A DNA stretch of 64,000 bases, from assembly GCA_963833575.1 (NCBI GenBank), contig CAWHXY010000008.1, positions 139,379-203,378 on the forward strand, read 5' to 3'. This document shows, piece by piece, positions 1 through 10,479 of this stretch. The notes below the pieces were generated by a model. The model saw nothing but the letters and a program-made list of their open reading frames with translations, ran no database searches and was not told the origin of the DNA. Positions within the stretch are counted from its first letter, which is position 1, and every line of letters starts with the position of its first letter. This DNA is from Candidatus Bathyarchaeota archaeon. Lineage in GTDB: Archaea; Thermoproteota; Bathyarchaeia; Bathyarchaeales; Bathycorpusculaceae. Position numbers and translations under genes: made by a program.

Positions 1-12
1 TCGATAGATCAG

Positions 13-468
13 TTGGCGACGGTTACCGAACAAATAGGTAACACAGAGACGTTAAACGCTACATTGGAAAAGGCCGAAGAAAAATTAGACAAACTTCTAA
101 AAGAAGTAACGAGTTTAGTTGGCTTACTGACAAGCATACCTAACAAAGCTGTACCAACTGCCATGAAAGAACAAGGGCTTCAGACGCAGGTAGCACCTGT
201 AGTATCGCCAGCTGTGTTTCAAGTAGGAATTTCTGCGATTTTAAATTGCTCAGCATGGGAAGATTTTCAGATCCTTGCAATTCATCCACAAACATTGACT
301 TTTAACTATGATGAAAATGAGAAGGTTTTCACGGCTAATGCGCTTAAAGGAAACCAGATGATCACATACGCTGGTGCCCTTCCAAGCTTTCCATTAATTC
401 TTAAAATATGGCTATCTGGAAAGTTGGACATAGCAGAACAGAATATTTTTGAAGGTTCATTGGCTTAA
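13..468 (+). CDS. hypothetical protein (possibly 5'-partial at window edge)
   Basis: 151-aa ORF, no motif recognised. Confidence 0.6.
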   Translation: MATVTEQIGNTETLNATLEKAEEKLDKLLKEVTSLVGLLTSIPNKAVPTAMKEQGLQTQVAPVVSPAVFQVGISAILNCSAWEDFQILAIHPQTLTFNYDENEKVFTANALKGNQMITYAGALPSFPLILKIWLSGKLDIAEQNIFEGSLA

Positions 469-873
469 CCAAAATAGTATACTTTTTTGGATAATGATTG
501 TTCAGCGTTAAAATAACTGGAGTTCGCGAACTCCGTAAGTCAAGAAATCCACTGATTCTACTTTGTTTTGTTAAGGATGATTACTTTTCTGTAATCCTTT
601 AGATTGATAGCTGAAACTTGATTTTTCGTTATCTGTTGGATTTGCAAATTTGTATGCAAAGTCCCCAAGACTCATATCTTGGTTTGAACAGACGGTGCAA
701 ATTAGTTTTTCGCGGTCTTCTTGTCTGAAACTTAACTGGTTGTTTGAGTTTATCTGATATCCTGTTTCTTTGGCTGTTTTCATTTATTATCCAGACTGAC
801 ATTTCTTCAATGTCAAGTACATCGAATATCCAGCTTCTGATCTTAAGTGGTTAGACCAAAATTTTGCGAATAG

Positions 874-1266
874 TCAAATCTTTTTTCTCTCAATTAATTC
901 AATAAGTGTTCCATCTGGGTCTTCAATAAAAGCAATTATTGTATTTGGATTGAACTTAAATGGTTCATCGGTAACCGTTATTTTTTCTTTTCGCATTCCA
1001 GCAATAGTTTTGTTGATGTCTGCAACTTCAAAGCCTAAATGGTCAAACAAGCGTTCTTCATATTCTGGCTGACTGAACTTCAGTTGATTACGGTACAGGG
1101 TTAATTCTAATTTGCAGCCTTCGCCTCTTGGATCTTGAAGGAAAGCTATTTCCGCGTTGGTCTGTTTGATCTCACGTCTGCTCAGGAGTTTTAAACCTAA
1201 AAACCGGGAGTAAAAATCGATGGATCGATCCATATTACTTGTGCGAATGCTTGCATGAACAAACAT
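874..1266 (-). CDS. VOC/glyoxalase I (lactoylglutathione lyase) family protein
   Basis: HASIR..SIDFY, LELT, FDHLGFEV, FIEDPDGTLIELIE motifs. Confidence 0.9.
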   Translation of the reverse strand: MFVHASIRTSNMDRSIDFYSRFLGLKLLSRREIKQTNAEIAFLQDPRGEGCKLELTLYRNQLKFSQPEYEERLFDHLGFEVADINKTIAGMRKEKITVTDEPFKFNPNTIIAFIEDPDGTLIELIERKKI

Positions 1267-1324
1267 TTCTTTTCACCTAATATTAAAGTTAAGAAATGAA
1301 TGGGGGTTTTTTATAATCTTTTAC

Positions 1325-1744
1325 TTATTGACACCTTTTTGATTGTTTATCTAAGGTTTTGTTTACAAGTGCATCTGCCTTTTGAATTTGTGAATTGCTT
1401 CTTGGAACATTGACAAAACTTGTTTTTTTGAAGCTGCGTTTCAATTCTTGTACTCTGCGCCACAACTTTTGTAATTCGAGATTTTTCACGGTGTATTCGC
1501 CCCTGAGCTGTTTGGCAACCAATTCGCTGTCAAGATGACAAATCACTTCTTCAACTTTGATGGTAATAGCGAATTCTAAGGCAACAATCAACGCGTTGTA
1601 CTCCGCTTGGTTGTTGGTGTGGTTTCCTATGAAAAGGGAATCCTCGTGAATAACCGCGCCTGTATCCGTAACTGCAAGGTATGCTATTGCGGATGGCCCC
1701 GGATTTCCTCTTGCGCCGCCGTCACTATATAGCAGTAAACGCAT
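1325..1744 (-). CDS. rnhA: ribonuclease HI family protein
   Basis: YSDGGARGNPG, TNNQAEY, DSELV, VPR..ADAL. Confidence 0.9.
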   Translation of the reverse strand: MRLLLYSDGGARGNPGPSAIAYLAVTDTGAVIHEDSLFIGNHTNNQAEYNALIVALEFAITIKVEEVICHLDSELVAKQLRGEYTVKNLELQKLWRRVQELKRSFKKTSFVNVPRSNSQIQKADALVNKTLDKQSKRCQ

Positions 1745-1984
1745 AATTATTTGTCCTCGCTTTCACCTTGACGTTAAAGAAACTAAATTACATGAAACAT
1801 TGATAAAGAAATCGATGTAAGTACAGATCCTTTTCGGCTTTCCCTTTTTGCACTTGCCGATTTTCAGCTTTCTTAAAATTTTTTAGACCCTTTGTTAGAT
1901 TCAATCTTCGAGCGATTTGAACACAGAAGTAAGAAAAGCAATATAAAGCAAGCTTTTTCAGAATTCTACAACTTTCAATAGTAG

Positions 1985-2135
1985 TAGAAGAAGAAGTGTG
2001 CACCCACACGTTTTCTTCTTCTTTCTAACGCTTAGAAGAAGTAGGACAATCGCAGGGAGCACCGTGTCCTTCTTCTTCTATCAAGAGAAGAACAACACCC
2101 CGGTGCTACCACAAACTGTCGTTGTTCTTCCTTGA
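1985..2135. other. three tandem stem-loops with GAAGAA/TTCTTC stems (candidate structured RNA or cruciform array)
   Basis: Arms 1986-2000/2005-2022, 2033-2048/2065-2080, 2081-2096/2121-2135 read directly. Confidence 0.6.
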
Positions 2136-2367
2136 ATAATTTAAGTTTCATAAGTCTGCCAAACAGCCCGTCGGGCAGATTGACTATTCATTTTGATTTG
2201 AACTAATTTGTCATTACCTCTCATTTTATAAAAATGTCTAATACTTTCTATTTTTGACTAAAATTGTCGAATAACGAACCTAGTTACAGATAAATTAATC
2301 CTTGATTAAGAAAACAAGCAAAAGAGTAAAGAAAAGAATCGGGCCAGAAAAAAATCAATTTCTTCTC

Positions 2368-2748
2368 TTATTTGAGCGACTCTTTCAAAGCAGAAAAGTA
2401 AGCTAACACCTGGCCAATTTGCTCTTCAGACATCGATAGAATAGTTTTAACGGCTGTTTTCTGCTTTGCTGATGAAGAAACCGCTATAGTGGCTAAAGCA
2501 TAATCAAGGCTTGTAAAAAGGGGGTCCCAAGGAATGTTAACTCGTTTACCTTTCAAGTTGTATAACGCAAGGACAAAGGCGCTAGCCCTGCTTAAGCTAT
2601 CTTTAAAGGACTGTACAGATTGACCAATAGTTATGCTATCGTAATCTTTCCCAGATAGAAAACTCTTAATTACTGAGTAATTTTTTTCTAAATTCTGAAT
2701 TTCCTCAATAAGATCTTGCTTAATTTTAGCTTCGGTATTGTCTTGCAT
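2368..2748 (-). CDS. hypothetical helical protein
   Basis: 126-aa ORF divergent from leuS, TATA-like element upstream. Confidence 0.7.
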   Translation of the reverse strand: MQDNTEAKIKQDLIEEIQNLEKNYSVIKSFLSGKDYDSITIGQSVQSFKDSLSRASAFVLALYNLKGKRVNIPWDPLFTSLDYALATIAVSSSAKQKTAVKTILSMSEEQIGQVLAYFSALKESLK

Positions 2749-2897
2749 GCTTCATCGCTTTGTTGTATGTGAAAATCAAGTAGATAAGACTTTTTTTCGT
2801 TTCACGAATTTTTTTGAGTCATGATACAGAAATGTTAAGATCCAGTTAAAATCGAAAGCAAAACTCTTAATAGCCAATGACTTAATCAACAAGTTTC

Positions 2898-5780
2898 ATG
2901 AGCCAAACCAAGCAAATCGAGCAGAAATGGCACACCAAATGGGAAAACGCACATGTTTTTGAGGCTGATCCTGATCCAGAAAGAAAGAAAATAATGGTAA
3001 CTTTTCCATTCCCATACATGAACGGTCCATTGCATGTTGGGCATACCTTCACGGCTTCAAGGGTTGATGCTTACGCGCGGTTTAAGCGTATGCAAGGTTA
3101 CAATGTGCTCTGGCCTTGGGCTTGGCATTGGACAGGTCAACCGCTTTTAGGAGCCAGCCAACGAGTAGCCAGGGGCGACGAAGCCTATGTTAAAGTGCTC
3201 CGTGAAGTTGACGGCGTACCAGAATCAGAACTAAAAAAATTCGTTGACCCCTTGTACATGGCTCAATATTACACTAATGAAGGACGATTAGCCGCCAAAG
3301 GCATTGGGTTCTCGATTGATTGGCGACGAGAATTCACAACTGTAATGCCTACATTCCAAAAATTTATCGAGTGGCAATACAAAAACCTTAAAGAAAAAGG
3401 CTATGTTACCCGGGGAACTCACCCAGTAGTGTGGTGTCCCAAAGATCAAAGCCCAACAGGTGATCATGACCGCCAAATAGGCGAAGGCGTCACCCCAGAG
3501 CAATATACTTTAATAAAATATAAGCTGGGTGACAACACGTTTTTGCCAGCTGCAACTTTCCGGCCAGAAACCATCTATGGAATCACAAATATCTGGATAA
3601 ATCCAGATGCCGAATATGTTGAAGCAGACGTTAATGGTGAAAACTGGATTGTTAGCCAAGAAGCCTCTGAGAAACTGAAAGAGCAACAAAAGAAAGTTCA
3701 AGTCAAACGCTCATTTAAAGGGAAAGAACTTATTGGCAAAATCTTTGAAAATCCAGTTACTAAATGTAAGTTTCCAATTTTGCCGGGGTGGTTTGTGGAC
3801 CCTAAAACTGCTACAGGCATTGTTTACAGTGTGCCGGCACATGCACCATACGATTGGCTTGCGCTTAAGGATTTGCAGGATAAGGCTGAAGTGCTTGCGG
3901 AGTTTGGCATTGACCCAGAAATGGTCATGCAGATAAAGCCTATTTCGATAATCAAAGTTGAAGGTTTGAGCGAGTACCCGGCAGTTGAAATAGTCAAGCA
4001 AATGGGCATAAAAGATCAGCATGACCCTAAAGCTGATGAGGCAACAAAAGCAATCTACAAAAAAGAGTTTCATAGCGGAGTTTTAAAAGAGAATTGTGGA
4101 CCTTACGCTGGAAAAACCGTCCGGGAAGTCAAAGACACCCTTATTGAAGACTTTCGTAAGCTCGGCGTCGCCGACTGCATGTACGACTTGCCAGAACAAG
4201 TGGTTTGCAGATGCATGACCCAATGCATAGTAAAGATTCTCTCAGATCAATGGTTCCTAAACTACTCGGACCCCGAATGGAAATCAAAAGCAAAAGAAGC
4301 CGTAGCAAAGATGACAATTTACCCAGACTCTGCAAAACAATCCTTCTACACTGTCATAGATTGGCTTAGAGAATGGGCATGCGCAAGAACAACAGGGTTT
4401 GGAACACCACTGCCATGGGGGAAAGGCTGGATAATCGAAACACTAAGCGATTCTACAGTTTATATGGCATTTTACACAATTAACAATCACATAAAACAAA
4501 ACAACATCAAACCCGAAACTTTAACGCCTGAGGTCTTCGACTACATTTTCTATGGAAAAGGAAATCCAATCGAACTTCAAGAAGCAATTGGAATAAACAC
4601 TTCTTTACTAGACGCGATGCGAAATGAATTTTTATACTGGTATCCATTCGACCTTAGAAACTCAGCTAAAGAACTAGTCCCAAACCATTTGTCCTTCTGC
4701 ATCTTCCATCACGCTGCCCTGTTTCCACCTGAGCATTGGCCAAAAGCCATCGGAGTAAATGGCATGCTTATGGTCGAAGGACAAGGAATGCACAAAAGCA
4801 AAGGCAACTTCATAACAATGAAAGCTGCTGTTGAAAAGTATGGAGCCGACGCCACTCGATGTGCATTGTTATTGGGAGCGGAAGGCATGGATGACCCAGA
4901 TTGGCGCACAGAAAACGTTAGCGATTTACAGGGTAAGTTTGAGGCGCTGATTACTTTTGCAAGCGGAATAATGATTTCTGCCAAAAAGGATGAGAACACG
5001 ACGCTTGAACGTTGGCTTATAGGTAAACTTCAGCACCGAATAGAAGAAGTTACAGCAAGCTTGAATGAGCTCAAAACACGAACCGCATTGCAGACTGCAT
5101 TGTTTGAAACTTGGAATGACCTGCGCTGGTACATCCAACGGAAAGGCAGAAGTGACGCTAAAGCGTTGCGTGAAGCTGTGATTGTTTGGCTCAAATTGCT
5201 TGCACCTTTTGCACCTTTCATTACAGAGGAACTTTGGAGTCAAACAGGCGAAGCGGGCTTTATCAGTGTCACATCGTGGCCGGTTTGCGATGAAGCAAAA
5301 GTGGATGTGGCGGCTGAAGAACAGGAAAACTTCGTAACTGATTTAATGTCAGACACATCAAACATACTAAAAGCGATGAAGATTACACCTAAACGTGTGT
5401 GTTACTACACCGCTGCATCATGGAAATGGCAAGTGTACCTAAAGATTTTGGAGAAGTCTTTATCTGGGGAAGCGAAAATTAACGAGTTAATGAAAGAATT
5501 TGCCACAGATAAAGATTTAAAGCCACGTATGAAGGATATTGCCGGGTTGGTTCCAAGAGCAATGAAAGCTTTAGCTAAACTTCCAAGCGAGAGAAAAACT
5601 AGCATTTTAAAAATTAAAAAGGTGAATGAGAAAGAACTCTTGGAAAACTCGGTTTGCTTTTTGAAAGAACGATTCAAAGCTGAAGTATCGGTTTACAGCG
5701 AAGATGACCAGACGCGCTATGACCCTAAATGTCGAGCATTAATGACTATGCCTTATCAACCAGCAATATACGTTGAGTAA
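2898..5780 (+). CDS. leuS: leucine--tRNA ligase (archaeal type)
   Basis: FPYMNGPLHVGH (HIGH), MHKSKGN (KMSKS), ATFRPET editing domain, 960 aa. Confidence 0.97.
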   Translation: MSQTKQIEQKWHTKWENAHVFEADPDPERKKIMVTFPFPYMNGPLHVGHTFTASRVDAYARFKRMQGYNVLWPWAWHWTGQPLLGASQRVARGDEAYVKVLREVDGVPESELKKFVDPLYMAQYYTNEGRLAAKGIGFSIDWRREFTTVMPTFQKFIEWQYKNLKEKGYVTRGTHPVVWCPKDQSPTGDHDRQIGEGVTPEQYTLIKYKLGDNTFLPAATFRPETIYGITNIWINPDAEYVEADVNGENWIVSQEASEKLKEQQKKVQVKRSFKGKELIGKIFENPVTKCKFPILPGWFVDPKTATGIVYSVPAHAPYDWLALKDLQDKAEVLAEFGIDPEMVMQIKPISIIKVEGLSEYPAVEIVKQMGIKDQHDPKADEATKAIYKKEFHSGVLKENCGPYAGKTVREVKDTLIEDFRKLGVADCMYDLPEQVVCRCMTQCIVKILSDQWFLNYSDPEWKSKAKEAVAKMTIYPDSAKQSFYTVIDWLREWACARTTGFGTPLPWGKGWIIETLSDSTVYMAFYTINNHIKQNNIKPETLTPEVFDYIFYGKGNPIELQEAIGINTSLLDAMRNEFLYWYPFDLRNSAKELVPNHLSFCIFHHAALFPPEHWPKAIGVNGMLMVEGQGMHKSKGNFITMKAAVEKYGADATRCALLLGAEGMDDPDWRTENVSDLQGKFEALITFASGIMISAKKDENTTLERWLIGKLQHRIEEVTASLNELKTRTALQTALFETWNDLRWYIQRKGRSDAKALREAVIVWLKLLAPFAPFITEELWSQTGEAGFISVTSWPVCDEAKVDVAAEEQENFVTDLMSDTSNILKAMKITPKRVCYYTAASWKWQVYLKILEKSLSGEAKINELMKEFATDKDLKPRMKDIAGLVPRAMKALAKLPSERKTSILKIKKVNEKELLENSVCFLKERFKAEVSVYSEDDQTRYDPKCRALMTMPYQPAIYVE

Positions 5781-5908
5781 TCGTAAATTTACTTTTTTCT
5801 TCATTGTTAGATTTGAATTCAATGTGGATGAAAAGCAATTTAGAGCAGCCAAACAGTAAATCCAATGCACAACAAGCAATCATTTGATAGCAAGAGGAAA
5901 GTGACTTA

Positions 5909-6871
5909 ATGGTTAAACTTGATCACTCATTAACTTACGAGATAAAACCAGTTTCTCCCTTCAACTTTGATCTCACCGTTCGGAAGCCGGCAGGATGGCC
6001 TTTGTTCACACCATTGGAAATTTACGATAAGGGCAATCTCTGGACCGCTGTGCATCTGAATGATACGCTAATTGGATTAATTCTCACTTCAAGAGGCACC
6101 GTTAAGAATCCGCGCATAGAAGCAAAGATATTCTTAAAAAGCAAGACATCGAAGGAGAAACTCGATAAAATAAAGAAGACGTTGGTGCATAGTATTGGCG
6201 CGGACGAAGACCTTTATGAATTTTATGCGCTGGCAAAGAAGGATCCGATCCTAAAGTATGTAGTCGCTGATTTGTTCGGCATGCATAGTACTTCTTCCGG
6301 AGACACTGTTTTTCCAGATGCACTTCTAGCAATACTTCTCCAGATGGCTCCGCTTAAAAGAAGTAACGAAATGATGAATTGTGTGATTACAAAATTTGGG
6401 GAGCAAGCCGAATTTGACGGCAAATCAATCTATATTTGGCCCACGCCAGCAAATCTAGTTAATCTAAATCCTGAAATATTTTCCAAATCCTGCAAGATTG
6501 GCTACAGAGCAAAGCGCATCGTAAAACTCTCCGAAAAGCTGACAAAAGAAGATTTTCCTAAACTTCAGGAACTAGAAATGCTGAGTGCCGAGGAAGCAAA
6601 AAAGAAACTTCTGGAATTGCCAGGCATAGGCGATTATTCTGCTGATATAATAAATCCACATGGGGGATTCCCGATAGACGTCTGGTCTGCTGAGGTTTTT
6701 GGCAAGCTTTTCTTTGGTAAGGAGCCAGAGAACAACAGGCAAGCTGTCGATGAAGTAAAGAAGGAAGGCATCTTGAGGTGGGGTAAGTGGTCTTGGATGG
6801 CTTTCTTCTATATAGTTCAAGACCTTGAAAACCTGTCTAAAAGACTGAGCATAAAGCTTAGGCTGGCTTGA
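5909..6871 (+). CDS. HhH-GPD DNA glycosylase (AlkA/OGG1-like)
   Basis: GYRAK, LLELPGIGDYSAD, FPIDVW. Confidence 0.85.
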   Translation: MVKLDHSLTYEIKPVSPFNFDLTVRKPAGWPLFTPLEIYDKGNLWTAVHLNDTLIGLILTSRGTVKNPRIEAKIFLKSKTSKEKLDKIKKTLVHSIGADEDLYEFYALAKKDPILKYVVADLFGMHSTSSGDTVFPDALLAILLQMAPLKRSNEMMNCVITKFGEQAEFDGKSIYIWPTPANLVNLNPEIFSKSCKIGYRAKRIVKLSEKLTKEDFPKLQELEMLSAEEAKKKLLELPGIGDYSADIINPHGGFPIDVWSAEVFGKLFFGKEPENNRQAVDEVKKEGILRWGKWSWMAFFYIVQDLENLSKRLSIKLRLA

Positions 6872-6918
6872 TTTTAAAAAACAACGTCAGTTTGGAGAAA
6901 AGTCTTTTTATTAGTTTT

Positions 6919-7365
6919 TTAGCTGCTTGCTTCTTGAGGGGCTTCTCGGTTTTTAAGTTTTTCTTCAAGAAGCATTAGTAGTTCTTGAGGCTTCACAGGT
7001 TTAACCAAGTAAGCATCAGCACCTTCATCAAGCGCTTTAACGCCGGTTTCCAATGATGGAAAACCAGTAATCATTATTTTAACTGTGTGTTGGAGTTGTT
7101 TTTTGAGTTTAGCAAGTAAGTCCGTGCCATCCATATCTGGAAGTCTTATGTCAACTAATGCTAAATCATAATGGTGATTTTCAGCTTTTTCTTGGGCTTC
7201 TTTTCCGGTTTCTGCGACATCAATTTCGTAGCCGCTTTTTTGAAGAATACGTGTGAATGTTCGAAGTATTGACTTATCGTCATCAACAACAAGTATGGTT
7301 TTCTTAGATGTGTCCACTTTAGTCAAACCTTCATTATTTGAACATGTGTTTTTCTTCAACTTCAA
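6919..7365 (-). CDS. single-domain response regulator (true start probably downstream, near 7317)
   Basis: ILVVDDD, LVDIRLPDMDG, ITG, YLVKP. Confidence 0.9.
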   Translation of the reverse strand: MKLKKNTCSNNEGLTKVDTSKKTILVVDDDKSILRTFTRILQKSGYEIDVAETGKEAQEKAENHHYDLALVDIRLPDMDGTDLLAKLKKQLQHTVKIMITGFPSLETGVKALDEGADAYLVKPVKPQELLMLLEEKLKNREAPQEASS

Positions 7366-7586
7366 TAAGTTGAATGATAAGCTGTCGAAGTCTTTGCAAC
7401 CTTCAAACCAAACACTGCTTGATTTAAGGCAACAAGATTTCTACCCTTTTTTTGGGAATAATTTAAAGATGTTTTTCGAGATTAATAAACGCTATCCCCT
7501 TTGTCAATTTAGCATAACTTTTCTTAATAAAAAATCAATAAGGTTATTAAAAAGAAAAACTTCATAACAGTTAGATCTGAAAATTT

Positions 7587-9044
7587 TTGATGACCCAATC
7601 TGTTTCTTACAAAATCACTTCAGAAATACCGCCTAGCTACATGCAAAAACTATTCGACTACATATACAGCCAGTATTTAGTTCCGCAAAAAAAGAGATTT
7701 AATGATATTTCCCGCGAAACCTCGAACAAAGGTGACTTTCTCTCATACACTATTGTTGATGCAGAAGGAAAGCAGCTTCTGAGAGTGGAAGCTAAAAGCG
7801 GAAACCCCATAGAACTAAAATTAACGCCTATTGATCCAACAGTTTCTCCACAAGTTATTGAGGAAGCAAAACAAGACATCATTATTTCAACTCAAATATT
7901 TAGGGAAAACACTAAGAAAGCAACCGTTTATTTTGCTTGGAGAGAAGGAGAAGAGGTAGTCCCAGAGGCATATACGAAGCCTGAAAAATCTTTCAATCGT
8001 CTTTTCCTTGAAACACAAGTTTTGTTTTTTATGGTATTCATTGTTTTTGGAATAGGAATTTTCATAGCTATAACAACGTTTTATCCTGCGTGGTTCTGGG
8101 TTGCACCGATAATTCTTATTGGCATACAAGCAGTTTTTGTTTTTTTCTCCAACAATTTTATTGCAAGAACAGCTGATTGGAAAATCACTAGAGAAAATCC
8201 GATTATTCATTTCTTGGAATATTATTTGCCGGTTAGTGAAGAGGCAGATTTTAACAAGAAATATTCCCGAGAGCAGCTTTTAGCTATCAAGAAAGAGATT
8301 TATGATGAAATACTCGCTAAGCGAGGTGAGATAGATCCTGTTGAAGCTCAGCAGGTTTTCTTAAAGCATGGTGTGCCATGTCAGCTGGAGAATTTGAAAG
8401 CTAAAAAAGTTAATGTTTACGAAATGGTAAAAAATATTGCTGATCGTTTCCGTTTTCCGATGCCTAAGATTGTTGTTTCAAACACTATGGTTCCTAACGC
8501 TGCAGCTTCGGGACCAAGCCCAAGCCGTGGATTGGTTTTGATAACAACTGGGCTTCTTGTTCAACTTGAAGAAAACGAGATTCTCAGCGTTCTAGGTCAT
8601 GAATTTGGTCACTTAAAAGGTAGAGACCCATTAATTCTCTATGGGTTAGTTTCCGCGGAATTTCTGTTTCGCTTCTATGTGTTGCTTCAGTTTTTCCCAA
8701 TAGTTTTCACAACATTGCTGTTCTTTGTTTACTTCTGGGCTGTCATGGTTGTCATATTCTTTATAGCAAAATTCTTTGAAGCCCGAGCTGATTTAGTCTC
8801 CGCCATTATGGTTGGGACGCCGCAAGTTTTAGCTGGCTCACTTGAAAAAATTGGTTTCCAACGGTTATTGTATGAGCGGACGCCATCCTATCGTTTTCAA
8901 GAATGGTTAGGGTTAGATCCTCACCCACCTATTTACTTTAGAGTGAACCGGTTAGAGAATCTGTCCTCTGAGGAAATTAAGCATCCACTACTTCGATCAA
9001 TAAGAGACGTTACAAAGGGATTCCTTGCAACATTACGAAGCTAA
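7587..9044 (+). CDS. M48 (HtpX-like) membrane zinc metalloprotease with N-terminal extension
   Basis: PNAAASG, HEFGH, EARAD, HPP..R. Confidence 0.9.
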   Translation: MMTQSVSYKITSEIPPSYMQKLFDYIYSQYLVPQKKRFNDISRETSNKGDFLSYTIVDAEGKQLLRVEAKSGNPIELKLTPIDPTVSPQVIEEAKQDIIISTQIFRENTKKATVYFAWREGEEVVPEAYTKPEKSFNRLFLETQVLFFMVFIVFGIGIFIAITTFYPAWFWVAPIILIGIQAVFVFFSNNFIARTADWKITRENPIIHFLEYYLPVSEEADFNKKYSREQLLAIKKEIYDEILAKRGEIDPVEAQQVFLKHGVPCQLENLKAKKVNVYEMVKNIADRFRFPMPKIVVSNTMVPNAAASGPSPSRGLVLITTGLLVQLEENEILSVLGHEFGHLKGRDPLILYGLVSAEFLFRFYVLLQFFPIVFTTLLFFVYFWAVMVVIFFIAKFFEARADLVSAIMVGTPQVLAGSLEKIGFQRLLYERTPSYRFQEWLGLDPHPPIYFRVNRLENLSSEEIKHPLLRSIRDVTKGFLATLRS

Positions 9045-9300
9045 AATTTCATTCGTTTGATTGATTGCGAATGAAACAGTTTTTCGCACCTTTTTATCAG
9101 CTTGGTTTGGGTTGTTTTTTGTTTTAGGGCGTAAAATAGTTGCAGGTTGCGTCTAGAATTGTCCCTAATTGTCCGCAGATAATCGAGCTTATTGTCGATT
9201 GCTGGACATGACCTTTAGACTGTATTTGGAAGTCGGTGCAAATTTGATCAACTTGCTTTACACTGCTTTCTTAAATTAGGCTTTGAAGGGTCTGCAGGTT

Positions 9301-9360
9301 GTGTGCTAGTTTGTGCCAATATGTGCTAGATTGTGCTGTTCTGTGTGGATTTGTGCTTTT
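9301..9360. repeat. six 10-bp-phased TGTGC units
   Basis: gTGTGCtagt tTGTGCcaat aTGTGCtaga tTGTGCtgtt cTGTGTggat tTGTGCtttt. Confidence 0.7.
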
Positions 9361-9481
9361 CGTACGAAAGTAATGCATGTTCAAGGAGGCTTAGCTCGAA
9401 TTAACTTAGCTTTTTCACATGGGTTTTCTCGAAACGCTTATCCGTTTGTAAGATTTACTTTAATTTGGTTTTTGGAGCGTC

Positions 9482-10432
9482 TTGCCAATGAGTTATTCGG
9501 TGCAGTTAATTAGCCCACAGGAAAAAGACAAACTCTTCCAAGTCTATGAGCAACGTTTACTATACACGAGCAAAGCTGATGTCTACGGTTGCTGCATTAA
9601 ATTGTTAACCGAGTCTGAAGAAACTAGAAATGAATGGGAAGACAATTTCTACACTGCAAACGAAAACACCCGATCCCATGGACGATTAATTGAAGTTAAC
9701 GAGCCAGGTCAGCCTTTAAGCGTAAAATATGATCCCTATACAAAAACCGCTTTTTTAGTTAACGTTGACTATTATGGCTGGATAAAAAGCATTGCGCTTG
9801 CCATAGCCGGAGATGTACTAGAAGATGAGCACAGAATTTATTCAGTTCATGGCGCCGCAATAGATGTAGGCTGCCTTGGTGTTTCAATAATTGCTCCTTC
9901 AGGCACAGGTAAAACAACACATTCTTGGGGTTTGTTGCTTCTTCAAAATGCCCGATTAATCTCTGACGATTGGTACTTTGTTAGGCTCTCAAGTCATTTG
10001 CCTTTAGCTTTTGGCTCAGAAAAAAACTGTTACATAGATGCTGACTTAGGCAAGATTTGGAATAAGTATGAGAGTTTGGTTGACAAAGCAAAGTTTGACA
10101 AAAGAGGCAGGGCAATCGTAAATGTCCGATGGATTGTAGGAGGGGGCGGCGTGATTCCAATGGAAACCCTTCACAAAATAATTCTTTTGAAAAGAGACCC
10201 CAAAGACAAAAACATAGTGACTCGCCTAAATTCCGCGGAAGCGTTAAAGTTCATGCTTGACCATAATTTTTGCAATCCCCACCAATTAGTAAAAGATGAA
10301 CGCAAAGTTGAGTTAAGAAAAACTTTCTTCCAAAAACTCTTTGGACAAACTGATGTTTACCTAGTAAACACAACAGGAACCCCGCAGGATACCCAAAAAG
10401 AGATTAGAAAGTTACTTTCTTTGAAAAAATAA
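9482..10432 (+). CDS. HPr kinase/PEPCK-like P-loop protein
   Basis: VHGAAI, APSGTGKTT, LISDDW. Confidence 0.75.
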   Translation: MPMSYSVQLISPQEKDKLFQVYEQRLLYTSKADVYGCCIKLLTESEETRNEWEDNFYTANENTRSHGRLIEVNEPGQPLSVKYDPYTKTAFLVNVDYYGWIKSIALAIAGDVLEDEHRIYSVHGAAIDVGCLGVSIIAPSGTGKTTHSWGLLLLQNARLISDDWYFVRLSSHLPLAFGSEKNCYIDADLGKIWNKYESLVDKAKFDKRGRAIVNVRWIVGGGGVIPMETLHKIILLKRDPKDKNIVTRLNSAEALKFMLDHNFCNPHQLVKDERKVELRKTFFQKLFGQTDVYLVNTTGTPQDTQKEIRKLLSLKK

Positions 10433-10479
10433 GCTATTTTTATGCAAAGAATAATAAAGCTCAACTGTCGAGTTACCAA

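Noticed and set aside
1788-2009. 73-aa ORF
   Set aside because: No protein-like features; overlaps hairpin region
3288-5677. Antisense and alternate-frame ORFs within leuS (likewise in gatE, asnB, kdpB, the kinase)
   Set aside because: Shadow ORFs of confident genes
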